From Pseudogymnoascus verrucosus (lineage: Eukaryota): DNA of 64,000 bases. The notes under the pieces are model-generated. The model did no database searches. It was not told the DNA's origin and worked only from the letters and a program-made list of their open reading frames with translations. Where the stretch lies: NCBI GenBank assembly GCA_001662655.1, contig KV460225.1; one strand, 5' to 3'. Within the stretch, counting starts at the first letter, position 1. Each line of letters opens with the position of its first letter. Shown here in pieces: positions 13,995 to 28,473 of this stretch. The translations under genes were made by a program, and so were the position numbers.

Positions 13995-16349
13995 ATGGCC
14001 GACGATTTTAATTTCCTCAACTTCATTGAGGACGGGTCCGAGCCAGCCCCTAAGGACACCCCAAAAGAGACCCAGGACTCGGATTCCGATGCTGAAAACG
14101 CCAAACGCAAAGACTTCTGGGACCACGTTCCCACCGACAACGGTGGCGCAGAAGGCTCACCCAACTCCAGCTTCAACTCCTCCCCTACGCTTCCGACTCA
14201 GCATGACTTTCCCGCTCCAGATGCAGGACATGCCAAGCAAGGCACCAGAAAACCAGTTTTGCAGAGGCTTCGAGACGCCAGAACGTATGGCTTTAGAAAG
14301 AATGTGGAGAGAAGGGTGTTCAAGGGGTCTGGTGCCATGGATCATGATGAGAGTGGCAACTATGATCCCAATGAAGAAGCTGCTGCCAATAGGAGGCTAG
14401 CGAAGAAAAAAGCTGCGACGAAGTCGGGACCGGCTGAAGTGGAAACCACGCAATATGACTCTCAAAGCGAGGAAATTCTGCCGTCAATTGAGGAAGGTGT
14501 TTCCGCTGAGGAAAGCTCTGTTGAACAGAAGCATGGAAAGGGTTCGAAGAAAAAGACCACAGCCGCGGCGGGACAAAAGAAGGGGAAGGGGAAAGGGAAC
14601 GCAAAGGAGTAAGTATATTACATTTCCCATGCAACAAGAACTAACATAGCGTTCAGGCCAGAGACAACCAACGAGGCATGCTCAGCATGCAGGATCTTCG
14701 GGTTCGATTGTAGCATCCTTGACGACCCCGACCAGTTTCCCTGCACTTCCTGTTCCGAGCTAAGCATTGCCTGCGTCCTCAAGAACCCCATGACCCCCGA
14801 GGCCAAGGCCGAGAGAAAACGCGCCTTCGCCAATGCCAAGAAGAAGAAAAAGGAGCAAGCGCGCTTGCAAAGAGAGCAGAAAAAGAATAAAGGCAAGAAC
14901 CTAGTGCAGCTGGCGGCGCAGAGAGCGGCGCCAAAGATCGATCCAAGGAATAGGAAGTATATATCGTGCGCCACATGTCGGGCTGCAGACTTTGGCCACT
15001 GCTCGTTGAAGACAAGAGAGCAGACTGGACCTTGTAAACGCTGCACGTCTAAGAGGCTTGACTGCACATTCGAGGATAAAGTCATTAAATCCGGGAAAGC
15101 GGGGACTAAAAATGGAAAGGTGGGGAAGGTGGCCATCAGGGCCTCTTCTAAGGGCAGGGCCAGCCTCTTGATGGTCTCTGCGGCGCGCACTCGCCCTGAG
15201 CCGAAGAAAAAGGAGAGGGTGCCGGAGGGAATGTTCAAAAAGACAATCAAGACGTCCTTCTGCCACCCGATTGCCTTCAACCTCGATCTCAAAAGGACCC
15301 GGTTCATGGGCATGAATTGCCACTTCCACACCACCACCGCATTTCCCATGCTAGGCATCGGCGAGCCGCAAGACGTTGAGGTCCTTGGGCCCACGAAACC
15401 ATGTCCCGCTAACCCCTTTGTCTACACCGAATGCGCGCCCAGAATAGTGCTGGTTAAAAAGAAGAAAACAGGAGAAAGAGGAGAGAGGTCAGAAGACGAA
15501 GAAGCCGACAACGACGACGAAGCCACAGAAGACGAAGATGACGAAGAAGGATACGAGTACGTAGAAGAAGAAGAAGACCCAACCTACGTCTGCACAGACT
15601 GCACCTTCGCGCGCCAACGCATCCTCTTCTGCGACACCCATTCCATCTCCGCCATCGCCGGCCTCAAGCACCCCCGTGATTACGACTACAACTCCGCATA
15701 CGAGAAAATCATGAGGGACCAAAACAAGGGGTATGGAGCAAACTCCGCTAGGGTCGTCAAATGGTGCTCCGTTTGTGTGGCGCCGGCGTTCTACAAATGC
15801 TGCGTCCCAGACCGATTTGTTAATGAAGTCGGGTGTGGGTTGCTGTTGTGCGAAGTCTGCGCACAGGGGCTCTGCGGGGGAGAAGCCAAATTGGAAGGCC
15901 TGCTGGACGAGATGGTCGAGGAGCAGGCGCGCGATCCGTTCATGCCGATTCAGGAACGCAGATCTGTAGTGCAGCAGGTGTCGCTTGATCTCTTGATTGA
16001 CCGGGCAGGTCGCGATGCGTTCAGATACGAAGACGGAATCAGAGCCGACGCGGGGTTCTTGACTAACCGTGGCGAGCTGAAGCTGTGGATGGAATCACAG
16101 ACTGTAGCGGACCCCTATGAGATTGAGGAGCTAGAAGTGAGGATGGATGAGGCTACAGGCGCTGGAGCGGCAGGTGACGCGGGGTGGGCTAGATGGGGTG
16201 AGGGGATAGGAGTTAATGGGGGACGTGAAGAGACGTTTGAGGAGCATGATTTGAGGATGAAATTGGAGAAGGGGAAGGCGGAGCAGGCGAACCCTGCCTT
16301 TACGAGCGTGGCGCCGTCTGTATCGGACACTGATGACTGGGCTCTTTGA
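13995..16349 (+). CDS. Fungal protein with two Zn2Cys6-like clusters and a C-terminal Cys-rich region
   Basis: Intron at ~14609-14656 joins the 13995 and 14790 ORFs. Motifs CSACRIFGFDC..CTSCSELSIAC and CATCRAADFGHC..CKRCTSKRLDC; later CTDC, CSVC..CC and CEVC. Confidence 0.75.
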
Positions 16350-16726
16350 AGGGATCGCGCGGGGGAGTTAATTTGGCGTCGCTGTTTTTCGAGGCAACTT
16401 TACCTGGGTGAGCTTGCTGGAAGTTGGTGTGGGGGTTTGGAGGGGACGGAGAAAGTTCTGATGCTCGTGGATGGGATCGTTCTGTCCTGGTTCATTTACC
16501 CAGGATTGGCAGGGGAACTATTTTTATACTGGCTCTGGCATCGTGTCACCTCAACCGCGACCGTTGGTGGATGCAGAGGATACCAGATATATAAAATAGA
16601 CGGATATTATTTCAACCCAGGCATTCACACTATGCAGACACTCAGATAGCGATTATTGCACCAAAGCGCACATCGATTATATTTTATTATATCAGATAAT
16701 TAAAGCTGTTCAAAATATTCCCCCTC

Positions 16727-19700
16727 TCACTGTGAAAGATATGTCGTTCCGTCATACTTCCCGACCTTGTTCACATCAACTCTGAAGCTCTCTGGCGGGC
16801 CCAAGTAGCTCTTGCGCACTCCACCGAGATCGATCACAATCTTCTGGAGAACCACTCCTGGCTCCACGGACCAGAACTTGAGAGTGTGCTTTCCGGGCTT
16901 GATAGAATGCATAGTCGTCGTCTGGCGACCACTGGTAACACCCCACGCCGCATCCGCAACCGCAGCTCCCCAGCCAGGAGGTGACAGATCGCTCGTGACA
17001 GTGCCGACGAACTGGATAGTCTGCGGAGCCTCACCATCAACCGCAACAGCGTACTTGAGCGGACGATCAACGCTCATGAAGTTGAGCGACGGCGAGAGGT
17101 ACAGCGTGATGTTGGCCGGGTATGCGATGTCAGTGAAGGTGAAGAAGTCATACTCGAGGACTGGGCCGGTGCCAGCAGGCATCGAGGGCGAAGTGACAGG
17201 ACTGAGCGACACCGCGGCTTGCGAGCGGCCGTGGTTGGGGAGAGTGACGTACTTGGCTCCCTTGACGGTTGTGCTCTTGGTGCTGTGCACAGCTTCGATG
17301 GTGACCTGGCGATCGGACTCAACGAAGCCCTTGCCGAATGTAGCTGGGACCGAGCGGGGAATGACGGGGACCTTGATCTGGGGGGAGTTGTAGTTACCCC
17401 AGTCACACGACGATGTGAAGTTCAGGATCGCGGTTTGGGCCACGGTGACCTTGGACCAGTCGGGGACGGAGATGTGGGCGCGAACGTCGCTGCCCTGTTG
17501 GGGGCCGGTGGTTCCGCTGGATGGCTCGACTTTCAGGTAGGATGGAGAGGCGATGGACCATTTGCAAGCTTGGGTTCCGCGGCTGAAGACTTCGAGATAA
17601 CGGGTCTTTGGGCCGTATGGCTCGAGAGGCAGAGAAGTGAGGGTGCCGCTGCCATTATCGTGGTACTGGTCATCGCCGCTGACGGTGGCGTTGGAACCTT
17701 CAATTCCGACACCCAGGTTTCCAGCGACAGAGGTCTCCGTAGTCTGGACAAAGGCCAGAGGCGGGATGGAGTTCCTCATTGGCTGTTGCCAGTAATCGTA
17801 ACCAAGATGTGTTTGGTCCATAATGCCATTCCACTTACCACCAAGAAGAGTGTGGAATTGCTTGGTGATAACAGCATCGGTATTGAAATCAGTCAAGACA
17901 GCTTGAGCCTTGCTATTCGTTGCGGTTCTCCTCTGCTTCACATATAAGTCGTTCTGAGCAGTCTGGACGTAGATCTTGTAAACTGTGTAGCCAGCAGTGA
18001 CTGGGTGAAGCACTGTCTCGAAGAAAGATGCCTGAGTATTAGCTGGGAGAGAATCATGGAGTTTCTGTGCGTCTTTGGCCAGGGCAGCCCACTCTCCAAG
18101 AACAGTCTCGGCCTCATTGTAGTTGATGACGCTGTATGTACCAGGGCTCAACATCTCGTACTTGCGTCTCGCTGCAAGAATACCATATTTATCAGCAACG
18201 GCACCAATAGCTTCGGCATGCTTGGATCCAAACTCGCGTGCCGCCCACAGCTTAAGCCATTGTGGGACGCTGTCGTAACCCCACTGATCGATATCGTAAG
18301 CAAGATCGAAGTAATGGTTGATTGGGATCTCGAGACCCTTGAGATCTCCAACGTTGACGATCCAGATGCGGTCAGCCCCGTTCTCATAAGTTATCTTCAT
18401 CTGTTCGACCGATTTTGCGAGGTTGATCGTGTTAATCCACTTGTAATCCCTTGGGTCTCCAACGTAATCAAAGTGATAATAGATACCAGCTCCACCGCTG
18501 CGCGCTTTCTCGGCCCCAACGGGAACTCTGCGAACATTGCCCCAGTTGTCGTCGGTCCACAGGAGAGTGACATCCTCTGGCACAGACATACCTCCTTCAA
18601 AGTAATCCTGGACTTCTTTGTAAAGACACCACATCTGTGGGATATCCTTAGCAGTCTTGCCCTCATCAGCGAGAAGCTCGTCGAGAATTTCTCTCTGGGC
18701 TGTGACGGAGTCGGTGGCAGCCTTGATGGCCTTATCTCTTGTCAGAGGAATAGCAGTATCACCGCTACCTCTCATTGCCATGGTGAAAAGACTGTTGTTT
18801 ATGTATGGCTTGGCACGTTGGGCGCCGTACTCGAAGAATGGGCGAACACTGGCATTGTTCGTGTCCCAGCGCCATGCCCCTTGTCCAAAATGACCATATT
18901 CGTTTGTGGCTCGCATCATTGGCTCTGTGTGGGACGAACCCATTACAATTGCATACGCATCTGCCAACGGCTGGTTCTCATAGTCGTCAACGTTGAACAT
19001 ACCATTCCACATGGCTGGCCAGAGGTAGTTGGCTCGTAGGCGGAGTAGGAGTTCAAAGATGGTGGAAAAGAAGAGATGGTTCATCCCTGGGCCGTATTTC
19101 CCGGGCTTGTAGTTGTTGTTAACCCAATTGGTTAAGCCAGGTTGCTCATCGTTGATGAACAAGCCACGGTACTTGACACTTGGTGGCCCTTGTACCTTGA
19201 CTGTGCTGAGGGCATAGATCTCACTGTGCTTTTGGGCTGGAGTGTCGGCCCAAAACCAGAATGGCGATACACCGATTTGCTCCGAGACGTCGTAAATCTG
19301 CCATTGTTAGTGTTGGACGTATTTGAGACGCGGTTTACTTACTCCGAAAATGGAACCTCTAGCATCGGAACCTGCAATGACCAAAGCCTTGGGCACACCT
19401 GGGAGGGGGCTCTTCACGACTTGGCTAACGAAGCTCTCCCACTTGCCCTTTATCTTGGACACATCGATTTTCTTGTCCTTGACAAGCTGGTCAATGAGTG
19501 TCGAGTGACCAATGGTACCGACAATGATCACAGTATCCTTGTAGTCCTTGGTTTTGGTGTACAATGGGCCGAGAATCTGCTGTTCCGGGCCAACTGCATA
19601 GACGACGTCGCTGGTGGGAGCGTGCCACCTGTAGACTGCTTGGGCAGTTTTGGCAGCATAAGCCGTCAAAGATAGGTTCGTGCCGGTTACTCGTCCGAAG

Positions 19701-19906
19701 TCCATGGCAAGATCTCCAGCAGCTTTCTGGACGCCCCAGTAGTCATCGGGGGAGACGAGAATCTGCCCGCTGGATGCATGGTTCCCATGCGAGGATCCGA
19801 AGAGCTGGAAGGCATCATGTGAAGCCGTAAAGCCAATGGTCTGCTTCTGGCCGAGCGCAGACACAGCGCTGAAGAGCGCGAGAGAAGGGAGAAGCTTGAG
19901 TAACAT
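16727..19906 (-). CDS. Secreted GH115 alpha-glucuronidase
   Basis: Signal peptide MLLKLLPSLALFSAVSA; IAGSDARGSIFG; PSVKYRG.FINDEQP; RLRANYLWPAMW; SSHTEPM; LLWTDDNWGN; GIYYHFDYVG. One intron near 19306-19340. Confidence 0.92.
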
Positions 19907-20672
19907 CTCAATTGGCCTTGAGTCTCTTGTCAACTGCCACGAAAATAAAGGGCCATGACAGCATTATATAAGGCACGCCCCGAGCTTCTCCTCACGCTTC
20001 TTATTACCCCCGGATGAGCGTCATCTCCGCTACTCTGGATATATATCGCATGGCGTACTTTATCCATTTTGCCAGTGCTAGTTGCGCGTTGGCGTGGTAT
20101 GCCAGTGTAAATTAGGTAAAATATGGTTTTGATGCTAGAACATCGAAAGAACAAACAAGGCCCGCCCCCTCATATTAGCTTGTATAAGACAAGCAAGACT
20201 GCAAGGTACTTGATTGCCGGCTGGAGTAATGGCGTGTGGGGAAAGTCTGGACGGAACTGTTCCTATTCAACCATCTAATTAGCCTGAACCCCGCGAATGG
20301 TTATGATGCCGTTGATCACCTTCTTCGGTACTAAGGAAGCCGATGTTCTCATTTGGATAGCTCGGTTTTCCCCTGTCTCGTTCGAAGTACATACTCGAGT
20401 AGAGAATGAGGGGAAGCCCCAACGCCGAGTATCTTGTGGGGTTTAGTGATCTCAGCGAGTCTGTGATTTTGTAATTTCACAGTATTTTATCCGGACAATA
20501 TCTGAGTTGTTCCCCTTGTCCTTTATTCTCCAGCCACACGATGTCCTCAGCCACAATTCCATACGGTGATGCGTTGTCGCGCTACTCGTATCCGGAGCTA
20601 TCACCATCTCAGCCACATCATACCACGTTGTCCAACATGACATACCTAAGTTCAACGTACGGGTGAGAAACT

Positions 20673-23040
20673 ATGTCTGTACCAAGGGACCCAGCGGGCA
20701 AGCTTCTTTTCACGTTTGGTGATTATTGCGCTCTCTGCCGTGAGACTCTGCCTGAGCCCAATTCCGAGATTGGCTTCGTTCCTCCACTGAGTGATGCCTG
20801 GCAGTACAAGGTCATCGGACGTCAGTTTACATCTCCACACCCCTATATTCTTTAATAAGTGGGTACTAAATGCGTATTCCTAGTCTATAATATCGCAAGT
20901 ACAGACAAGCCGTCTAGAATAGTTGCTGCCTTTGGGGATTTGGCAAACGCTGTTTGTTTCGAGGAAATAGCTGTAGATTTCGCCAGTGGCCAGTCTTTGG
21001 CCCTGAAAGTCGAGATTAACCACCGAACACGGAATAAAGATAGAATTGCTCACCTTGTTCATCTCCCGTGTTGGAAATTGATAAAGGCATTGGATTCTGA
21101 TCTCAGTCTTCGGTCAATATATGAGTTTGCAGAGTCGACATATTCTTTGTTCAAGACTTCACATGTCCCAGAGGGTCAAGATATCACAGCCACGGGATTC
21201 ACAGGCTTCATCGATGAGAACGCCAGCCAATCAAACTTGGGAAAGTTTCTTAATCGCATATCTAGGTTGCCACTAGAACTTCAGCTAGTGATATCAGAAG
21301 CTTGCCCTTCGAACTTGATATCGTCGCTCGTAACAGTGGCTCACACATCTTTTACACTTGTCAGCGCATTCAAGTGCAGCCAAGGTCAACGACATATTGA
21401 GCTTATATGCCACTCAGATGTCAAGACCCTTTCCGCTACGACTGTGTCAATATTCGGCAACACATATATATCATCCTTGAGATTTAACGAACTAAGTGAG
21501 GGTTCAGAAAAAGTTCAAGTAAAAGAGTCAGAGGTTACAGGTATCAAGTTTGCAATTGGCCGTTATGGGCTCAAGGCACTTCGTATTTGTTATGCTTCCA
21601 ATGAGTCGTCTGATTGGCTTGGGGACCCAAGAGCCGGATGGATTGGAGTAATGCGCGGGACTGACATTACAAGTCTGCGTATTCTGCGCGATGTGAGTCT
21701 ATATATATGAACTATACCCCTAGCAGCCTGCTAATACCTAATAGGATCTGAAATGCATCCGGGTAGGTTTCATGCATGGCTCACCAATGAGAGAGCAGCG
21801 TGGACTTTTGTTGGATAAAGATCTCTCCTTTAGATTTGGAGACTGTCATCGCACCCTAGATATAACGGATTCACTATCGATTAGAAGCTTCCCTAAGTGG
21901 CGAATGTGCAGGTACCTTCCATTTTTTGATGAGACAGGTTACATATCTAGCCTCACAATGTACTGCAACGGCCACTCTATAACGGGTATGGCAGCATCTG
22001 GCTCTGGCCTCTCACTTCGATCAATTGGCGAATGCAGTGATAAACGTCACCCTGTACATATCTATCTTCGGCCGGACGAGCGTATTGAATCTATTTGGCT
22101 CCGAATGCCAAACCCTAAATCCAACACGTGGCATAGACCGAACATCATGGTTAGTCGACATTGTGCATATTTGGCATTTGCTGATACTAGTAAGATTTTG
22201 ACCAACTTAAATCGAACACAACTTTTTGGGCCCTCACTGGTACATGCCTCTGGATTTTACGGAGACAAGCGATATCAATGGACACTATTAAACAAGGGCC
22301 CTGGATATAGACCTACAGGCATTTTTTTTGATGCACTTAGAAGAGATGGTGTCTCCCAAAGAATCGACAACATAGGTATTACTCAACGCGCTAGACTGGA
22401 GGTGCAGGGGATTTATCCGACGGTTCCAATGCTCACACTGGAATTAAATACAGACGAGCCGAGAAAGAGATTTGTAAATTGCTACCTCACAGTTGCAAGC
22501 TTTGCGCATGTCAAAGAATTAAGAGTAAGCAGGACAGGCCCTCAGATATCCGGAATGGCAATACATCACCATGATGGAAGTATTGATGTCCTCGGAAAGT
22601 GGGGCAGACTGTCACTTGGTTTTCCTTCAAAAACCGAGCAGATCTATCACTGCAAAGATGGAACACTTACCAGCATAGCTTTTGGATTCTCGGGTGGTGA
22701 AGATGAGGCAAAATTGGTCGATACAATATTCCTCGCCATTGACCACAAACCGCGTATTAAAGACGTGGTCCCACAATCGAAGATTGTCGTGGAGTTTCAA
22801 GTCGACGAGGCAGACCCTGTAAGCTAACAATCATTATAATTGTGAATGATCTGGTCTCTAACTTATTTCTAGCCTACAGTAATGTGGTTGTCTAACGTAG
22901 CTCATGATCATGTTGATCTTTGGAATGGCGAGTACCTGCCGCCTAACATGTATATGTCGACCCACGAGTATCGTATAACAGAGTTTGAGGTAAAGGCAGT
23001 AGGGAAAAAAAAAATTCCCATGAAGGAGGCTTCCAACTAG
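20673..23040 (+). CDS. Hypothetical multi-exon fungal protein with an F-box-like motif
   Basis: Long ORFs at 20859-21710 and 21772-22827 are linked by GT..ctaa..AG introns. N-terminal CALC motif and internal RLPLELQLVI. The 5' end is uncertain. Confidence 0.55.
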
Positions 23041-23426
23041 ATTTATTGTGCTGTGTTCCTTTTGGGGGCTGGGATTCCATCGGCGTCAGTGATAGTTCTG
23101 AATGATAATTCTGTAGTTACACAACCTCATCCAGCTTTAATTGTGTCCCAGAAGGTACTATAATTTAATAATTAAATTCCAGCACTTTTGCCGCACGCAC
23201 GGATTAATTAAGGCTGCTTAAATGAAAGGCCCGACATCCGGGCCCGCGCCGTATATTGCTGCTATACCCCAATATGAGATGGTTTGCACAACCAACGGAG
23301 GCTTTTCCCGCGCCCAAACAAGGCCACATCTCCCTTCCTAGCATTCCAACAAAATTTCTCTCTGTAGCCTCTCCCAAACATGCTCAATGACATTATACGT
23401 ATAATCTTAGTACTCATGACCCCCAA

Positions 23427-24403
23427 ATGAGCGCCCAGAAATACACCCCACTCGCCGCTGATCCCGGCACGGCCCACACCTGTCCCTGCGGCGCCACCCG
23501 GCAACCCCACTGGGCCCGCCGCCGTAGCGTTTGGCTCCTCGTCGCTCTGGGTCTCGAGACCCTCCTCCTCCTCGGCATCGCGTATCGCGCTGCATTGGTT
23601 TACGCGCCCTCCTCCTCGCATCGCCAGGGGAACAGCACAGGACTTCTCGATCCCCAGTCGTTTCTGCCGCCGAGTAAGCCGCCTAGAGTTTCCGTACCCG
23701 AAACCGTTCTAACGCTCCCAGTTCCCATCCAAACGGTCATCTTCGAAGATGAGACCCCGTACCGGGACATAGGCCCCGCGGGTGACAAGCTATGGAATGA
23801 CATGATGCCTAGTAATTCAGCCCCCTCCATGCATACACAGCATTTGAGCTAATGCCCCAGTTAAGAGGGGAAAGGCTTCCTTCGCGTCCCTAACGCACGC
23901 CTTTATGATCTCCCGCCGAGCAAACCGAGCGGCAATGGCACGGATGGCGCAGAGGAGTACTCTGTCTCATTAACGCACCAGCTGCATTGCTTGGTCTGTT
24001 CCCCTCCCCGCCACTATCGCAGTCAATTATGAGATACGGGCTAACGGCCGCAGGCTATGCTGAGGGATGTCATTGTGCAGTTTGGGAAAGGCAGCGCGTC
24101 GAGGTTCTGGGACCAATCGGCCAAAGGGGGAGATGGACACGCGTATCACTGTCTTGATTATAGTTCGTTTCTCCCCCCCTTACCTATCGGTGTTGTGTGT
24201 ACTGATGAGCAGTAGTTCGTCAGGGAATACTTTGTGCTGGAGACACATCGCTGGAGTTCGTAAAGGTGGAGTATGATGACTTTGGGAAGGTGAAGTCAAG
24301 CTCGGTAGATGGGGCGGGTGCGGCACATGTTTGCCGGGATTGGAGAGTGGTTAGGGAGGCACTGGAGGAGAGGAGGGTGGATGACCAGGTGGGGATTCTG
24401 TGA
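23427..24403 (+). CDS. DUF3328/UstYa-family oxidase
   Basis: Single N-terminal transmembrane segment; DKLWNDMMP; twin HxxHC motifs HQLHCL and HAYHCLDY; RQGILCAGDTSLE; HVCRDW; about 4 introns. Confidence 0.9.
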
Positions 24404-24578
24404 GGGGGTTGGGGTGTATGATGTATTTGAGCAGCTCTCGGTGGAGATGTTTTATGGGGGTCTATATAGAGGCGGTTTACTCAAAAAAACAGGCCCCTAT
24501 ATAAATTGTGATATGTAGTGATGTTATTTCCAGATAACGACATTTATACTACATTAGTAACCACCACATACGACATAT

Positions 24579-25241
24579 TTAGTCATTTCTTTTTCTGGTG
24601 CAAAGACCAACACATCCGAATATCATAAAGAAAATATGCATCCCCCTAATTAAACAGAGTTAGTATTTATACAAGACTGTATGCAAACAAACAAAACAGG
24701 CGGCCATAGGTTAACTTGAAGAAGTTGAACAACTTACGCCACAACACAAGGCAGCACCCAACCAAGAAGCGTATCATGATCAGCCTCATTGCGCAGCCTT
24801 TCCTCCTCCCTGCAGACTTCCACCGGCTTACTTCCACACTCATGACTCCACCCACTAACCGATATTTGAACCGCCACTGGCACAATACCACATATCAGCA
24901 TAGTGATGAACGAAAGAAACGCTGTCATCCCTTCTGTACAGCGCGGTGTGCGCCTTGAGGAATCAGCCAACCCCGCAATTTCTGGCACGTCCACCGTCAT
25001 AGCCCAGATGGACTAAAAGTGCCACGATGTCAGCGAATACGAACGTGCCTTTACCTCGGCCTGTATTTGGCTTGGGGGATGGGAGACATACCGCAATGTA
25101 TGAGCCTACCACAGCACGGCCATGTCCCCGCGCGGATGCGTAGATGGCGACAATAAGCGTCGCGAAGGAAAGCCCGGCGGATATGGATCGTAAAACGAGC
25201 TGGGTGATGCCCCATGGCTTTGGGAATCTGGAACGCACCAT
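24579..25241 (-). CDS. Small multi-pass membrane protein, hypothetical
   Basis: Hydrophobic exons MVRSRFPKPWG..VVGSYIA, SIWAMTVD..WVLPCVVA and MHIFFMIFGCVGLCTRKRND-stop, with plausible introns. Confidence 0.55.
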
Positions 25242-25998
25242 CTCAAGGTGATTCTTCGTGGAAACGTTTAAGGCAGATATTCCGATGGCTGATCTGCAAC
25301 CGCGACTATTAAGACATTTTCTATGCCTTGGATTTAGAGCTTGATATGCTTAAAATTGGAGACTGGTGGGTAACTGGAGACTTTGTATAGTTAAACTAAC
25401 AGCCAATTTAAATAGCGTCAAGCGCGTGGTCGACATGTTGGGTTCTAGTTGGTCCAGGCAACTCTTGGCGTTCGTAAATGTAATATCGCGAAAATTAGAC
25501 CTGTCGGGCATCCCATGTCATACGTATAAGGCTAGATTTATGTCGCTGGACTTGTAAATATAACTAACTGGAAGTAATTCATAACTGATAAAAATAAACC
25601 GTTCATTGGTTGAGTAACCAACAGCTAATTTTATTTACACCAGAATGAGAAGCTTGAATCTTGAGCCAGGGGCCAAACAGTATCTACTCAGCCGTAGATA
25701 TCACATTATCTAGAATAGAGTCTAAATTTGGCTATTGGGGGCACGCTACTGTATATATCACATGCCGGCGATGAGCTTTATTTGTACGCAGTGCCGACTA
25801 GCAGCCTTCTGTTTACAGGACTACCAAATAAGTCTCACATGGAAACTGGCCCCTTACAACATTTTTCTTTAGCTTTTTCGATCTTTTATTTACAATTTGA
25901 TATGCACAATTGTAAATAAGTCAATGGTCAATCTACATGCATCATCAAACGATGGGCCCAGAATTTATCTACGCCTCTACTTCCCCTCCTTCACCCGT

Positions 25999-27871
25999 CT
26001 ATCCTCCGCCTCCCTCTCCCTCTTCACGAGGGGGCCCCCTCACCCCCTCCTTCCTCTCCTCCCTCTCCCTCCTCACCCCCCTCCACCTCACCCCCCTCCT
26101 CATCACCACCACCAAAACAGGCGCCACCCCCACCAACCCCGCCGCCAAAATCGTATACGCCCAGCCCTCCCCCACCCTCCCCGTCAACGGGCCAATAACC
26201 CCCGTAAACACAGCCCCAATCTCGCATCTCACCAGGTTATTAGCCGACGTCGCCACCGCCGCCTTCCCAGGCCACATATCAACCAGCAGCACATTAAGCA
26301 CCTGGAACGTAAACGTCAGCGCGAACCCTGCTACGAAGAGCACCACGATTGGCGCGGCGAGAGGAGCCCCTGCTCGTATCGCCCAGCCGTAGGACATCAC
26401 GGCCGCGCCGGCGAGGAAGAGCATCGGAAAGCCGACTTGGAGGCGTGCGCTCTCGATAGGGAAGTTGCGAAGGTCTTGGCGTTGGTTTTTGACCACGGTG
26501 ATGCCGAGGCGGTGTGCGTGACGGCGGTAGTTCCAGTCGATTAGGCGGCCGCTTGTGAGGGCGGAGAGGATGCTGCCTGCGCCGATGGGGATGAACATTA
26601 GGGAGATCTGGACGGGATCGAAGTTATAATGCTTGGAGAAGGCTGTTGCGGCGCCGGTGCTGGGTGGGAGTTAGCTTTGAGCCCCGGTATGAGAGATAAG
26701 GGGGAAGGGACAAAGCATACCTAATGGCATAGAAGCAACCTATTCCAACACCAGTACATATAAGAATAATCGCCGTCGCCTTATCAGAAACCACCCTCAG
26801 TGTCGCCAACGGATTCGGGAATCCAATCCGATACCTCTCCCTAATCCTCTCCTGCTTAATTTTATCCACCACCAACCCCCTCTTCGTCCTATTCCGATGC
26901 CTCCACGTATCCGTGAAATTTCTCGACCACTTTGGCGGTGGTATTGACCCATCGTCCACCACGGCTCGGCACGTTTCCGGCATAAACAGCAGCAGCGGCA
27001 CAAACACCGCCGACGAAAAAATCAGCTGGAACCAGAACAAGAAGTGCCACCCAGCGTACTGCGCTATGGCACCCCCTAGTACAGGCGCGATCATGGGACC
27101 AAATATGCCAGCGAGTGAGGAGAAGGCAATGTATGTACCGCGCTCGGCGGAGGTGATGATATCCCCGACCACGCCATTGGCGAGGGAGACGGTGGAGGAG
27201 GAGCCAGCGCTTTGGACCATGCGGAGGATGAGGAGGGCGGTGTAGTTTGTTTCTAAGGCGAGCCCGATGTTGGCGATGTTGAAGATTAGGTAGCAGATTG
27301 CGTAGATGGGGCGGCGGCCGGCGCGGTCGGCGATGTCGGCGAAGAAGGCTGGGGCAATGCCTTGGATTACCTGGGGGGTGGTTAGATTGTGGTGTGAGAG
27401 GAAGAGGAAGAGCGTACCAGGAAGAGAGTAACTGTTAGGTTGATTTTGGCGTCTGAGACGTGGAGGTCTTTGGCCATGGTTGTGAGGGATGGGTCTAGTT
27501 ATGTGAGAATGTGCTTTGCAATGTGAAGGGGATAGGGGCTCACAGTATATTGCAGTGGCCATAGGGGAGAATAGCGAAGCTAATGATGCCGTGAGAACTA
27601 TCATCTTCTTCTGGGTGACTGTGAAGACACTGTATGCTCCGGTAGATGCGTCAGTTGACTCGATAGGTGCCTCTGATGGTGGTTCACTGGCAGGATCACT
27701 GTCAGGTAGAGGCACTGTCTGCACCGCTGCCTCTGAAGGGGTCTCGCTGCCATTGCCCTCATTCGAGCTCAGAGCCTCTTTATTAATCACCGTAGCCACA
27801 TCTGTTTCTTCGGGCATTGTCCCAACAGCTCCCTTCTCAGATTCCCCTAAATCCTCATTTGTATGCGCCAT
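25999..27871 (-). CDS. MFS drug:H+ antiporter (DHA1/QDR-like)
   Basis: YSVFTVTQKKMIV, IADRAGRRPIY (MFS motif A), RMVQSAGSS, ERGTY, and NNLVRCEIGA; several introns. Confidence 0.9.
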
Positions 27872-28473
27872 CACGACAGTGCCAACTCTAAGGCAAGATG
27901 TCGGAGTTTCCAAAACCACCACGGGTCGCTGCTGCTCTTATAAGAGAATCTGTGTCCATGACAGCTAGATTTCTCTCTTGATATACTATATGTATGCGAC
28001 TTTATGAATTCTTAGTTATGGAGTTAGGGAGGAGAGTGGACATTAGCCAATCATGTTGTTGCCGACGCGCTGCCGATGCGGCCCGGTCGCCGATGCGTAC
28101 CGAAATATGTCTAACTCTGACAAAGTCCGAAGCTCTTGAAAATAGTAACAACGGAATTAATTGCTAACACCGAGATAAGACTTGTTCTATTTTATAAGCT
28201 AAGCTGTGCACAGTTTTATATGTGCTATAGCGATATGATTAAGAGAGGGGAGGTTATTTGGTTGTTTCAAGTCCGAAGTGAGACTATGTAAATTTCACAC
28301 AAATTCCGCACAAATTCCGTCCTGCATAATTGCGAGTATACTCTACAATTTAAAATAGCAAGCGTATAAAACGCAATAAACGGATATATAGCTTTAAGCA
28401 ATGTAGGTATCGAAGTCCGTTAGCAATTGGCGTCTGAAAACAAGCCTTCTAAGCAATTTAATAGCACACCCCC

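Noticed and set aside
18005..19039. Long antisense ORFs over GH115, and similar ones over the AAA ATPase, TRP5 and PRS
   Set aside because: Shadow ORFs expected from the strong codon bias of the sense gene
24564..24574. CCACATACGAC resembling the 5S 5' end
   Set aside because: Only about 11 nt match with no continuation; compatible with chance
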